Assembly: GCA_965214405.1 (NCBI GenBank)
Contig: OZ243956.1
Span: 1,568,001 to 1,632,000, forward strand
Reading direction: 5' to 3'
From: Trueperaceae bacterium
GTDB taxonomy: Bacteria; Deinococcota; Deinococci; Deinococcales; Trueperaceae
Length of the DNA stretch: 64,000 nt
Positions 41,860 through 50,914 of this stretch are shown piece after piece. The notes beneath the pieces are model-generated. The model did no database searches and was not told the origin of the DNA. It saw only the letters and a program-made list of their open reading frames with translations. Position 1 is the stretch's first letter. Every line of letters begins with the position of its first letter. The position numbers and the translations under genes were made by a program.

Positions 41860-43215
41860 GGGTGCATCCTGCTCTAAGGTGAAAGTTAGGAAGCCAAAGC
41901 GAAGGCTGAGAAACGAAGGTCATCAAAGTCCAGTAGCGGATGTTTAGCACAAGTTTGTGCCCTGAGTGAGGCCATGCCCTTAGCGCCAGAAGGTGACCAG
42001 TGCATACCACTTCTTTTCATGCGGTGACCAATAACAGCCTTGTTCATCCCTTCAACCTGACCTGAACCAATGGGGTAGCGTTTGTTTTTGAAGCTGGGAT
42101 AGTCCATAGAATCTAAGCGCTGCTCTAAGTAGTTAAGAGCCGATAAGGCGTTGTCTTGCCAGGTCATCCACAGCTCGGGCTCAGGGAGATACTGTTCTAA
42201 CCAGTCTCGCGCACTGATGTCGCCCCTGTACCAGTCCCGCCTGTGCCGGGTTCGCTCGGCTTCATCCCAGTGCAGGGCCTGCATGACGACATTGAGGTAA
42301 GTCGCAGCGTGAAAGACATCGGTAATGCGCGTAGCCGCCAGGTGAGTAAAGATGGTGTCAATCCATTTCGCACCGTCGCCTAGGCCGATAAGGGTATCTT
42401 GGGCTGTGACACCCGCCTCTACAAGCAAGCCTAAAAGCAGGGGCAAAAAGTCCTCGGCTGAACATCTGTCTGCTAACATCCACCTTTCGCCGGGACCATT
42501 TTGAGAGTAAAGAACAGCGCTCTTTATTTCTAGCCCCGGACAACTCTTTGCTTCAGGACGACCCAGCACATAAACACCATCAACTTGTAGGACCATCACA
42601 CGCCCCGGCTTAGCGCTTGGCTGAACCGGACACTCACGCGTTTGCCTTAGCTTTTCACTCACTGCCTGTTCACAGTGAAGCGCGTAGAGACTGGTTAAAG
42701 TCGCAAGGCTTGAACCGCTAATGTCGAGTCCAAACAGCTTGGCGAGATGACTGCCTTCTTCATAAGGCAGACGGCTACTGAGTTCGAGCAAGCGTTCCAA
42801 GGCTTCAGGGCTCCAGCCCGATTCATCCAAGCAGCCATCATAGTAGACCTGTTGACGCTCTCCCGTTCGAGCTTTCAACCTCTGGACTTTGACACGAACA
42901 CTACCCCAGCACGTCTTGATATTGCCTGTACTCAGACCGTTACGCCAGTAGCCCTCAGGTGTCGCTTTGGCTTCGGGGGGAAAAAGCCTCGGCGTTCGCC
43001 AGGGCCTCGGCTGTTTTTCTCATCATCTCCGGCGAGAACTTTAGCATTGCCCTTTCTATATCTCTAAAGTTGGCGTCCGGCGCTAGCGTTGCCTTCAAAT
43101 CGGCTAAGTAATGCTCGAATGCTTCTCTCGCCTTCTCTTCCCAGTCTGGCTTGTTCATGCGCCAGTCTACTTCCCTTTGCACCCTTTTTCTATCCCCTTA
43201 TGCCAGGATGCACCC
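41860..43215 (-). mobile_element. ISLre2/ISKra4-like (UPF0236-type) insertion sequence, 1356 bp
   Basis: 12-bp IRs GGGTGCATCCTG / CAGGATGCACCC; 9-bp TSD CGCACCGGG at 41851-59 and 43216-24. Confidence 0.88.
41886..43158 (-). CDS. Transposase, two ORFs needing a +1 shift at TTTTTCCCCCC
   Basis: VDG, GDGAKWI, DVFHA, PIGSG.VEG.NK..I..RMK.SGM.WS; +1 frame open from 42989 into ORF 41886-42878. Confidence 0.8.
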
Positions 43216-43736
43216 CGCACCGGGTCGAACACGTCGCCGTCGTCGCGCTCTTGGAACGACAAGACGTAGCCGGGACCCAAGATGAGGCTCACCTGCTCGT
43301 TGCGTAAAGTTTGGCTCTCGGAGTCGAGCGAGAGCATCCGCAGCACGATGTAGACGTAAGCGTCAAAAAACTCGACCTTGGGCCGCTGTCCGGTGGAGAC
43401 GATGTCTTCCAACGTCAGCGGGTGGAGCGAAAAGTGCGCGCCCACCTTTTCGATAACGCCGACGTCATAAAGGCCGTTGACGTTAATCCAGTCGATGTGC
43501 GCAGGGTTCTCTGCGCTAAGCGCGTCGTCGATACTCAGGGGGTCGCGGACCTTGATGTCGTGCTCGTCGTAGGCGATGAGCGAAATGCGAACCGGGCCGG
43601 TGGTGGCCTCGCCCGTGTAGACAAGGCTGCCGGGGGCGAGGCCGGGCTGTTTGGGGGAGCGGCTGTACATCTTTTCTTTATATCAGGCGGTTGTGCTGGG
43701 TGTCGGTTGTGCCAAGTAGCAACCGTTACCCTCTTT

Positions 43737-44936
43737 TTAAGCCGTCACCAAAGCGGCCTGCTCGAGCGCCCCCTTCAGGTCCTCCACCAAATCCTCCGGG
43801 TCCTCAATGCCAATAGAAAGCCGCACCAGCCCGTCCGTGACGCCCTGGCGGGCGCGCGTCTGGGGGTCTAAAAGTTGATGCGTGGTGCTGGCGGGGTGGG
43901 TGGCGAGCGATTCCACGTCGCCTAAGGAAACGGCTTGCGTGAAAAGCGTCAGAGCGTCCAAAAAACGGGCGGCCTCTTCTTTGCTGGAAAGCTCGAGCGC
44001 CACCATCCCCCCAAAACGGCGCATCTGCTTCTTTGCCACCTCATGACCTGCGTGACTTTTTAGACCGGGATAATAAACCTTTCGAACTGCGGGATGGTTT
44101 TGCAAAAACGCCGCCACCCGCTCCGCCCCGTCGCAGTGCGCCTCCATGCGCAGCGCCAGGGTTTTCATCCCGCGTAAGAAAAGATACGCCTCAAACGGCC
44201 CCAGCGCGCCGCCCACGTGCCGCAGCCCCTCCATACGCACTTCGCTTATGAGCGCCGCCGGACCCGCCAGCACCCCGCCGATGGCGTCGCCGTGACCGCC
44301 CAAGTATTTTGTCGCGGAGTGAAGCGTCACGTCGAAGCCGTGCTCGAGGGGTTTCGTCAGATAAGGCGTCGAGAAGGTGTTGTCGGCAACCGTCAGGATG
44401 CCCCGCTCTTTAGCAAGGGTGCTGATGGCGCGTAAATCGCTGATGCGCAGCGTGGGGTTGGTGGGCGTCTCGACGTAGATGACGCGCGTGGCGGGGGAAA
44501 GCGCCCTCAAAAGGTCTTCGTTAAGGTTTTCGGCTCGAGCCACTTCCCTCATCCCTACCCCGAAGCGCCCCAGAATGTCACGGAAAAAGCCCTCGGTGCC
44601 GCCGTACAGGGGACCCACAAAGACCACCTCGTCGCCCGGCTCGAGCAGCGTCAGCATAAGCGCGCTGGTCGCGGCCATGCCGCTCGAGAACGCCACCGCG
44701 TCCTCCGCGCCCTCCAAGTCGGCCAGCTTTTCTTCAAAGGCGCGGGTTGTAGGGTTGCCAATGCGCGAGTAGACGAAGCCCGCCTCCTCGCCGCCGAAAA
44801 GGCGCTCGCCGCGCCCGAACGAGCCGTAGGCAAAGGTCGAGGTCTGGTAGATGGGGGCGACGTGCGCGCCCGTGTGGGGGTCGGGCCGCGCGCCGCTGTG
44901 GACGGCGCGGGTGCGAAAGCGTTGCTTGGTATTCAC
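43737..44936 (-). CDS. Methionine gamma-lyase / trans-sulfuration PLP enzyme
   Basis: PIYQTSTF, YSRIGNPT, ETPTNP, DNTF, HSATKYLGGHGD, AVSLGD.ESL..HPAS.TH. Confidence 0.88.
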   Translation of the reverse strand: MNTKQRFRTRAVHSGARPDPHTGAHVAPIYQTSTFAYGSFGRGERLFGGEEAGFVYSRIGNPTTRAFEEKLADLEGAEDAVAFSSGMAATSALMLTLLEPGDEVVFVGPLYGGTEGFFRDILGRFGVGMREVARAENLNEDLLRALSPATRVIYVETPTNPTLRISDLRAISTLAKERGILTVADNTFSTPYLTKPLEHGFDVTLHSATKYLGGHGDAIGGVLAGPAALISEVRMEGLRHVGGALGPFEAYLFLRGMKTLALRMEAHCDGAERVAAFLQNHPAVRKVYYPGLKSHAGHEVAKKQMRRFGGMVALELSSKEEAARFLDALTLFTQAVSLGDVESLATHPASTTHQLLDPQTRARQGVTDGLVRLSIGIEDPEDLVEDLKGALEQAALVTA

Positions 44937-45105
44937 GGTATAGACTCCTCTATCCATTAAACCTCATACGGAAGGGCAGAGGGGTGGAGAAAATCTCAAG
45001 GAGTACACCGCGTTACGCTCTTCGGGCTTACCTCGCGCTAAACGTATCTAACATGGGTTGGGGAACAGGGGAGCGGACAAGAGAGGAAATGTTCTCCCCA
45101 TCTCT

Positions 45106-45462
45106 CTACACCTCATCTCTCCATTTTCTTTCCACCTCCCGCAGCGCCTTCATCGCGGCGAGCGCCCGCGGGAAACCCAAAAACATGGCGGCGTGCAGGA
45201 TGGTTTCTTTGAGTTCGACGAGGGTCGCGCCGCAGTTGAGCGCGCCGTGCAGGTGGGTCTTGAGTTCGCTCTCGCTGCCGACGCTCATGAGGTGGGCGAC
45301 GGCTAAGAGTTCGCGCGTCTTTAGGTCCAAGCCGGGGCGGGCGAAGACGTTGTCGTAGGCTGTTTCCAACACCAGCGCGGCGAGGTCGGGGTCGAGCGCG
45401 CGGAGGCGTTCTTCGATAACGTCGGCTCTGCTTCCCCATATCTTTTGACGCGTTTCGTTCAT
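45106..45462 (-). CDS. Carboxymuconolactone decarboxylase family protein
   Basis: RPGLDLKTRELL, HLHGALNCG, GFPRA. Confidence 0.85.
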   Translation of the reverse strand: MNETRQKIWGSRADVIEERLRALDPDLAALVLETAYDNVFARPGLDLKTRELLAVAHLMSVGSESELKTHLHGALNCGATLVELKETILHAAMFLGFPRALAAMKALREVERKWRDEV

Positions 45463-45554
45463 GATGCACTCTAACGCGCCCCCACACATAACGTCGCACG
45501 GGGCGGGGCTGTTAGGATGGCTCGAGTAGGTTACAAGAAAGGTAGAGGTGACGC

Positions 45555-46538
45555 GTGAACTACAGAAAATTAGGCCGCACCGGCTTCGACGTTTCCGAAA
45601 TCTCCTTTGGCGCCTGGGCCATCGGCGGCTCCTGGGGCGAGGTGAGCGACGAGGACTCCTTGGCCGCGCTCCACCGCGCGGTGGACGTGGGCATCAACTT
45701 TTTCGACACGGCGGACGTGTACGGCGACGGGCGCAGCGAAAAACTTCTGGCGCGGCTTAAAAAGGAGCGTTCCGAGTCTCTTTACGTTGCCACCAAGGCG
45801 GGGCGGCGGCTCAACCCGCACACGGCGGAGGGCTACAACCGCAAGAATCTGACCGGCTTTATTGACCGGAGCCTCAAGAACTTGGAGACCGACGCCCTCG
45901 ACCTCGTCCAACTCCACTGCCCGCCGACCGACGTTTACTATCTGCCCGAAGCGTTTAGCGTGCTAGACGACCTCAAAAGGGAGGGCAAAGTCAAACACTA
46001 CGGCGTCTCGGTCGAGAAAGTCGAGGAGGCGCTCAAGGCTATCGAATATCCGGGCGTCGAGACGGTGCAGATTATCTTTAACATCTTCCGTCAGCGGCCC
46101 GCGGGGCTCTTTTTCCGCGAGGCGAAAAGGCGCGAGGTGGGCATTTTGGCGCGTGTGCCCTTGGCGAGCGGTTTGTTAACGGGCAAGATGAGCCGCGACA
46201 CGCACTTCGACGAGAACGACCACCGCAACTTTAACCGCCACGGCGAAGCGTTTGACCGGGGCGAAACCTTTGCGGGGGTGGATTTTGACACGGGTTTGGA
46301 GGCCGTGCGCGAACTCCAGACCCTCGTTCCCGAAGACGCCACCACGCCCCAGTTCGCGCTGCGCTGGATTCTCATGTTTGACGCGGTCACGTGCGCCATC
46401 CCTGGGGCCAAGCGCCCCGAGCAGGTGACCGACAACGCCCGCGCCGCCGACCTGCCGCCCCTGTCTGAGGAAACGATGGCGCGCGTTCGGGAGATTTACG
46501 ATTCGCGCGTGAGAGAGCAGGTGCATCACCGCTGGTGA
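45555..46538 (+). CDS. Aldo/keto reductase
   Basis: GINFFDTADVYGDGRSE, DLVQLH, ARVPLASGLL, IPGAK. Confidence 0.93.
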   Translation: MNYRKLGRTGFDVSEISFGAWAIGGSWGEVSDEDSLAALHRAVDVGINFFDTADVYGDGRSEKLLARLKKERSESLYVATKAGRRLNPHTAEGYNRKNLTGFIDRSLKNLETDALDLVQLHCPPTDVYYLPEAFSVLDDLKREGKVKHYGVSVEKVEEALKAIEYPGVETVQIIFNIFRQRPAGLFFREAKRREVGILARVPLASGLLTGKMSRDTHFDENDHRNFNRHGEAFDRGETFAGVDFDTGLEAVRELQTLVPEDATTPQFALRWILMFDAVTCAIPGAKRPEQVTDNARAADLPPLSEETMARVREIYDSRVREQVHHRW

Positions 46539-46539
46539 T

Positions 46540-47166
46540 CTACCCAACCGTCACGATGAGGAGGCCCGCCTCGAGCCCAACCCCGAGCGGCACCCCGCTC
46601 ACCTCGTTCGACACGCCCCGGCCAAGGCCGAAAGGGAGAGGGTAACGCGTGAGCGGGTACTTCGCGTTCTTTAGGGTGACCACGGAGGTTTCGCTAAGAC
46701 TGAGGACGCTGAACCGTCGACCTGTGGCGAGGGGAAGCTCGAGCGCGTCCTCACCCGATAAGAAAAACACCTGCGCGTCACCCGAGTGGAGCCACACCCG
46801 CACGCCCTCCCGCGCGAGTTTGGCGGCGATGAGTACCGCCGCGAGCGTTTGGTCCAAGCGTCCGCCCAGGCTCCCGACGATGACGACCTCGTCCGCTCCA
46901 GCGTCTAGCGCGTGTTGGAGGGCCAGCTCGAGGTCTAAAGCATCTTTTTCGGAAGGATGCGCCCTTCTGGGGATATCGGGATAGCGGGCGAGAACTTCCT
47001 CTGTAACCGAGTCGAAGTCGCCCACAACCAACGCGGGCGTGACGCCCAGGGGCTCCGCGTGGCGCAGGCCCGAATCGGCGGCGACGACGAGGCCAGCGCG
47101 CGCCGCGAGTTCCTTTAGCTCGTCCGTCAGCCTAATAGCGCCCCCCGCCAGCACGAGCGCCCTCAC
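46540..47166 (-). CDS. thiN: Thiamine diphosphokinase
   Basis: AADSG, VGDFDS, EKD.LDLELA, GGRLDQ, KYPL, GVSNE. Confidence 0.9.
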   Translation of the reverse strand: MRALVLAGGAIRLTDELKELAARAGLVVAADSGLRHAEPLGVTPALVVGDFDSVTEEVLARYPDIPRRAHPSEKDALDLELALQHALDAGADEVVIVGSLGGRLDQTLAAVLIAAKLAREGVRVWLHSGDAQVFFLSGEDALELPLATGRRFSVLSLSETSVVTLKNAKYPLTRYPLPFGLGRGVSNEVSGVPLGVGLEAGLLIVTVG

Positions 47167-48191
47167 GCGGGTTCCAGACCAGCGTCCAGACCAGTATCCA
47201 AACCGAGCACCGCGTCGGGCGGGATGTGGACGTTGACGGTGTCGCCCGGCCCCAGCCCCGCGGGCAGTTCACGAGAGAAGCCCGTCCAGTGCAAGGGAAG
47301 TCCCGTCGGGTGCAGCTCGAGCAGCAGCGTGTGCGCCGCCCCCGCGCGCTCAAGGCGCACAACCGTAGCCAAAATATCACCCCGGCCCAGACTCACGAGG
47401 TCGCTTCGCAAGAGGACGTGGGGCGCGTCCGGTAGGGGGTCGCGCAGCTTAAGCCCCCGCACCTGCGCCTTGCTAAACACGTTGGTATGACCCAAAAAGC
47501 GCGCCACCCAAACGGAAGCGGGCGCGGCGAAGAGCGCTGTGGGCGTATCCACCTGCTCGAGCCTTCCCAAACGCATCACCGCCACGCGGTCGGCGACGGT
47601 GAAAGCTTCGCTCTGGTCATGGGTGACAAAGAGGGCGCTCACCTCGAGCGCGCCTAAAATTTGCTCTAATTCCCGCTTGAGTTCGTCGCGCAGCGCCGCG
47701 TCTAGATTCGACAGGGGCTCGTCCAGGAGTAGCAGCGCGGGCCGCGGGGCGAGGGAGCGCGCCAGCGCCACGCGCTGCTGCTGGCCGCCGGAGAGTTCAA
47801 ACACGCGCCGCTTCTCAAGGCCCTCGAGGCCGACGAGCTCTAACAGTTCGCCCACCCGCGCCCGCCGCGCCTCCCCCTTCCACTGCGCCTCGACGAGCCC
47901 AAAAGCGATATTTTTCTCGACATTCAGGTGCGGAAAGAGCGCGTAGTCCTGAAACACCATCCCGAAGCCCCGCCGCTGCGGCGGCAGCGCGGTGATGTCC
48001 CGGTCGCCAAGAAAGATGCGGCCCCGCGTGGGCGGCTCGAGCCCCGCCACGAGCCGCAGCAGGGTGCTCTTGCCGCAGCCGCTCGGTCCCAACAGCGCCA
48101 CGGTTTCGCCGGGGCGAAGCGCCAACGTCACGCCGTCCACCGCGCGAATCTCGCCGTAGGTTTTGTGGAGATGCTCGAGCCTTAGCGTCAA
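47163..48191 (-). CDS. ABC transporter ATP-binding subunit (ThiQ/PotA-like)
   Basis: GPSGCGKST, MVFQDYALFPH, LSGGQQQRVALAR, LLLDEP, VTHDQ. Confidence 0.92.
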   Translation of the reverse strand: MTLRLEHLHKTYGEIRAVDGVTLALRPGETVALLGPSGCGKSTLLRLVAGLEPPTRGRIFLGDRDITALPPQRRGFGMVFQDYALFPHLNVEKNIAFGLVEAQWKGEARRARVGELLELVGLEGLEKRRVFELSGGQQQRVALARSLAPRPALLLLDEPLSNLDAALRDELKRELEQILGALEVSALFVTHDQSEAFTVADRVAVMRLGRLEQVDTPTALFAAPASVWVARFLGHTNVFSKAQVRGLKLRDPLPDAPHVLLRSDLVSLGRGDILATVVRLERAGAAHTLLLELHPTGLPLHWTGFSRELPAGLGPGDTVNVHIPPDAVLGLDTGLDAGLEPA

Positions 48192-48212
48192 GGGCGACTC
48201 ACAGTAGAATAA

Positions 48213-48986
48213 TCACGGCAGGTCGATGACGAGACCGTCGCGCGCGTAACGGACGCCCTCGGGCGCGGGTTTGCGCGCGTCTACGCCGTGACCCAGGTGC
48301 GTAAAAACGGTGCGTTTAGGTTTCAAAATTTTCAGAAGCTCCAGCGCCTCCCCCACGTCGTAGACGCTGCGCGTTTCTAGCGGCGCGTCCTCTTTGAAAA
48401 AGCTCGTGCCCAAGATGAGAAGATCCAACCCGCACCAGGGCGTTGTATCCTCGAGGCCCAGACAGTCGGGCAGGTAACCCCAGCTTCCCCCAGGTCCATC
48501 AAACCGAAAGGCGTAGGCCCAACCGTTGCGACCGTGGGGTACTCTGTGAGCCTTCAGCTCGTACTCCGTAGGCCGCACCTCCTCCACATCCCGAAAGGGC
48601 GTGAGGCGTCGGTAACCCCCCCGCGTCATGTAAGCGAAGCGTTCTTTGAGCTGTGGCAAAACCTCGGCGGGCGCGTAAACGGGTGTGGGAGAGCCCGTCC
48701 AGCGCGCCTGGTCGCCCACGTCGCTCAAGCCCAGCACGTGGTCGCTATGCGCGTGGGTGATGAGCACCACGTCAACATCTTTCACGCGCTCTCTGGACAT
48801 TTGCAGCCGCAGTTCGGGCGCGGCGTCTATGAGGATGCGCTTTCGAGCCTCGATAAGCACCGACGGGCGCGTCCGGGCGTTCGCCCCACCCGCGCGCGCC
48901 TCCTCGCAGACCGCGCAGCCGCACCACCAGCGGGGCACGCCCTGAGAATCGGACGAGCCGAGAAAACGCAAGCGCGGGGTCATCAC
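48213..48986 (-). CDS. MBL-fold phosphodiesterase (PhnP/YycJ-like)
   Basis: GVP.WWCGC.VC, THAHSDH, PHG, THL.H. Confidence 0.85.
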   Translation of the reverse strand: MMTPRLRFLGSSDSQGVPRWWCGCAVCEEARAGGANARTRPSVLIEARKRILIDAAPELRLQMSRERVKDVDVVLITHAHSDHVLGLSDVGDQARWTGSPTPVYAPAEVLPQLKERFAYMTRGGYRRLTPFRDVEEVRPTEYELKAHRVPHGRNGWAYAFRFDGPGGSWGYLPDCLGLEDTTPWCGLDLLILGTSFFKEDAPLETRSVYDVGEALELLKILKPKRTVFTHLGHGVDARKPAPEGVRYARDGLVIDLP

Positions 48987-49259
48987 GCATCAGCATACCT
49001 GAAGGGAATTGTTTCACACTTGGGAGCGAGTAACGCACTCTCGAGCGGTTCAGGCACGCCCTCGAGGATTTCTGTTGTTTGCTGGGTAGAACTCTGGGTA
49101 TCTTCATGAGGATTTCTTTATAACTCTTAGTAAAATTTACCACTATTGAGGCCGCTTGTTCGCATTACCCTCTAGAAGAGTTGCACAAAGTACGGTTCGC
49201 CTATTAGACTGGCTTTGCTGTAACCATGCTCATTACTCTTGGAAGGGGGTAATAAAAAG

Positions 49260-50666
49260 ATGGATTTCAAACAAACCGGAAAACCGCTCGTTCTGTCGCT
49301 GATGGTGGGGCTTATGTTCCTACTGACCGCGTGCCCGGGTGATACTGTGCCTAGCACACCGCCCACAGCGGCTGACGACACCTACGACGTGGTCGAAGGA
49401 CAACCGCGTACAGTGGCCGCGCCCGGCGTGCTCAGCAACGATGGGGGTGGGGACCTACAGGCGACACTCGTCACGGATGTGGCGGCGGGCACCCTGAACC
49501 TTGACACCAACGGTTCTTTCACCTACACGCCCACAGGTGCTGCGGGCACCACGGACCAGTTCACCTACACCGCATCGAACAGTGAAGGGACTTCCGAAGT
49601 TGCGACCGTGACTCTCAACATTACGCCTCCTGATAATGGCAACCCACCACCTCCACCCGTGCTCACAGCGAATCCTGACTCTTTCAACGTCACGCCTGGT
49701 GGAACCGTCGTTATCACCGAAGCCCAACTCACAGGTAACGACACCATTCCCACTGACGTGGACGTCGAGCTTGAAGTCAACGACGACCTCATGGGCGGAG
49801 GCACTTTAGAAGACAACGACGACGACACATACACCTATACTGCCCCGGATACCACTGGCACCGCCACCTTCACTTACACGCTCTCGGCAGATGACGCTGA
49901 GGATTCTACCGCGACTGTGACTATCAACATTGCTGAGGAAGTCATGCCTGGTGCGGGCCCTTACAACGTCAACTTCCAGAGCGAGCCGGGTACGAGTACT
50001 CCTACGGGTACTCCCCCCGCGCCCGCACCCCCAGCAACCTACTTTGCCGACTACGGACAGCCGTACGGCCCGCGCTCGGGTGAGAACCAGGGTACCGGCC
50101 AAACCTACGGTTGGGTCACGCTCGACGCCAACAACACGGCCACCTCGACGCCATGCAACATTGTCAGCAACGGTCGCTACCGCACCAACGCCAGCGGCGC
50201 AGGCATCGACGTTGGCGGTATCAGCGGCCCCAACGAACTTCTCTACCAAACCTTTATGCACATGGAGGGTGGAGACGCTGCGGCTATCAACACGCCAAGC
50301 AATTCATTTAGCGGCGTGCCGCAAAACTGCGCTTGGCAGATCGCGGTTCCTAACGGCACGTACAGCGTGACCCTCGCTTTAGGAGACGCCGCGAGAGACA
50401 ACAACGAGACCGTTCGTCAGGGAACCATATATCAGGTGAGCGTCGAAGGCACCTCCTTTCCCGCTGAGCCGTACAACCTGGAAACGGAAACAGACGGCGG
50501 CGGCAACGACGGCAGTGAGTCGCTCTTTATCGAAACGTCGGAAGTGGGCACAGGCAACCCCCTCAGCATAACGGTGACTGACGGCCTCCTGACCATCACC
50601 CCCACGGGGACAAACACCAAAATCGCTTTTGTGACTATCACTGAAGCCACCACACCCACGCCGTAA
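49260..50666 (+). CDS. Surface lipoprotein with two cadherin/Ig-like repeats and a C-terminal carbohydrate-binding-like domain
   Basis: Lipobox LLTAC; A.DD.Y...GVLSND...GSFTYTP...D.FTY x2; NVNFQ...YGW...WQIAVPNGTYSVT..GD...VTDG.LTI. Confidence 0.8.
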   Translation: MDFKQTGKPLVLSLMVGLMFLLTACPGDTVPSTPPTAADDTYDVVEGQPRTVAAPGVLSNDGGGDLQATLVTDVAAGTLNLDTNGSFTYTPTGAAGTTDQFTYTASNSEGTSEVATVTLNITPPDNGNPPPPPVLTANPDSFNVTPGGTVVITEAQLTGNDTIPTDVDVELEVNDDLMGGGTLEDNDDDTYTYTAPDTTGTATFTYTLSADDAEDSTATVTINIAEEVMPGAGPYNVNFQSEPGTSTPTGTPPAPAPPATYFADYGQPYGPRSGENQGTGQTYGWVTLDANNTATSTPCNIVSNGRYRTNASGAGIDVGGISGPNELLYQTFMHMEGGDAAAINTPSNSFSGVPQNCAWQIAVPNGTYSVTLALGDAARDNNETVRQGTIYQVSVEGTSFPAEPYNLETETDGGGNDGSESLFIETSEVGTGNPLSITVTDGLLTITPTGTNTKIAFVTITEATTPTP

Positions 50667-50695
50667 GTTGATGTAAATTCAGCGTCAACGTTAGT

Positions 50696-50730
50696 AGAAA
50701 GGCCGACCTTTTGGGGTCGGCCTTTCTTCT
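50696..50730 (+). terminator. Intrinsic (possibly bidirectional) terminator
   Basis: AGAAAGGCCGACC-TTTTGG-GGTCGGCCTTTCT. Confidence 0.8.
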
Positions 50731-50914
50731 TGCTGTCTGTCCGCACCGTCTGCATCTTTTGTGATAGAGACAAAATCGCTCACGCCGTGTTTAAGGCTTT
50801 ATGTAATTGACATTGAGTGAATTCAACGCAGGCATCGTCCCTTAGACTGCGTCCTGCACGGCAACACCTTACCCTCTCCCAATATAAAGATACCTGCTAT
50901 AAACGCGCCAACCC

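Larger units (their letters stand above)
41247..43670 (-). pseudogene. corA: Magnesium/cobalt transporter CorA disrupted by an IS
   Basis: 5' half PGLAPGSL..HPLTLEDI..QRPKVE; 3' half YGMNF..MPEL; rejoin as DVFDPVR|DRI after removing the IS and one TSD. Confidence 0.93.

Noticed and set aside
44940..45105. SAM riboswitch upstream of the methionine gamma-lyase-like gene
   Set aside because: No ATCxAGAG...GCAACC...GTGC consensus visible.
48986..49240. TPP riboswitch upstream of thiamine-related genes (also checked 52480-52557)
   Set aside because: No CTGAGA / CCTGAT...AGGGA core found on the coding strand.
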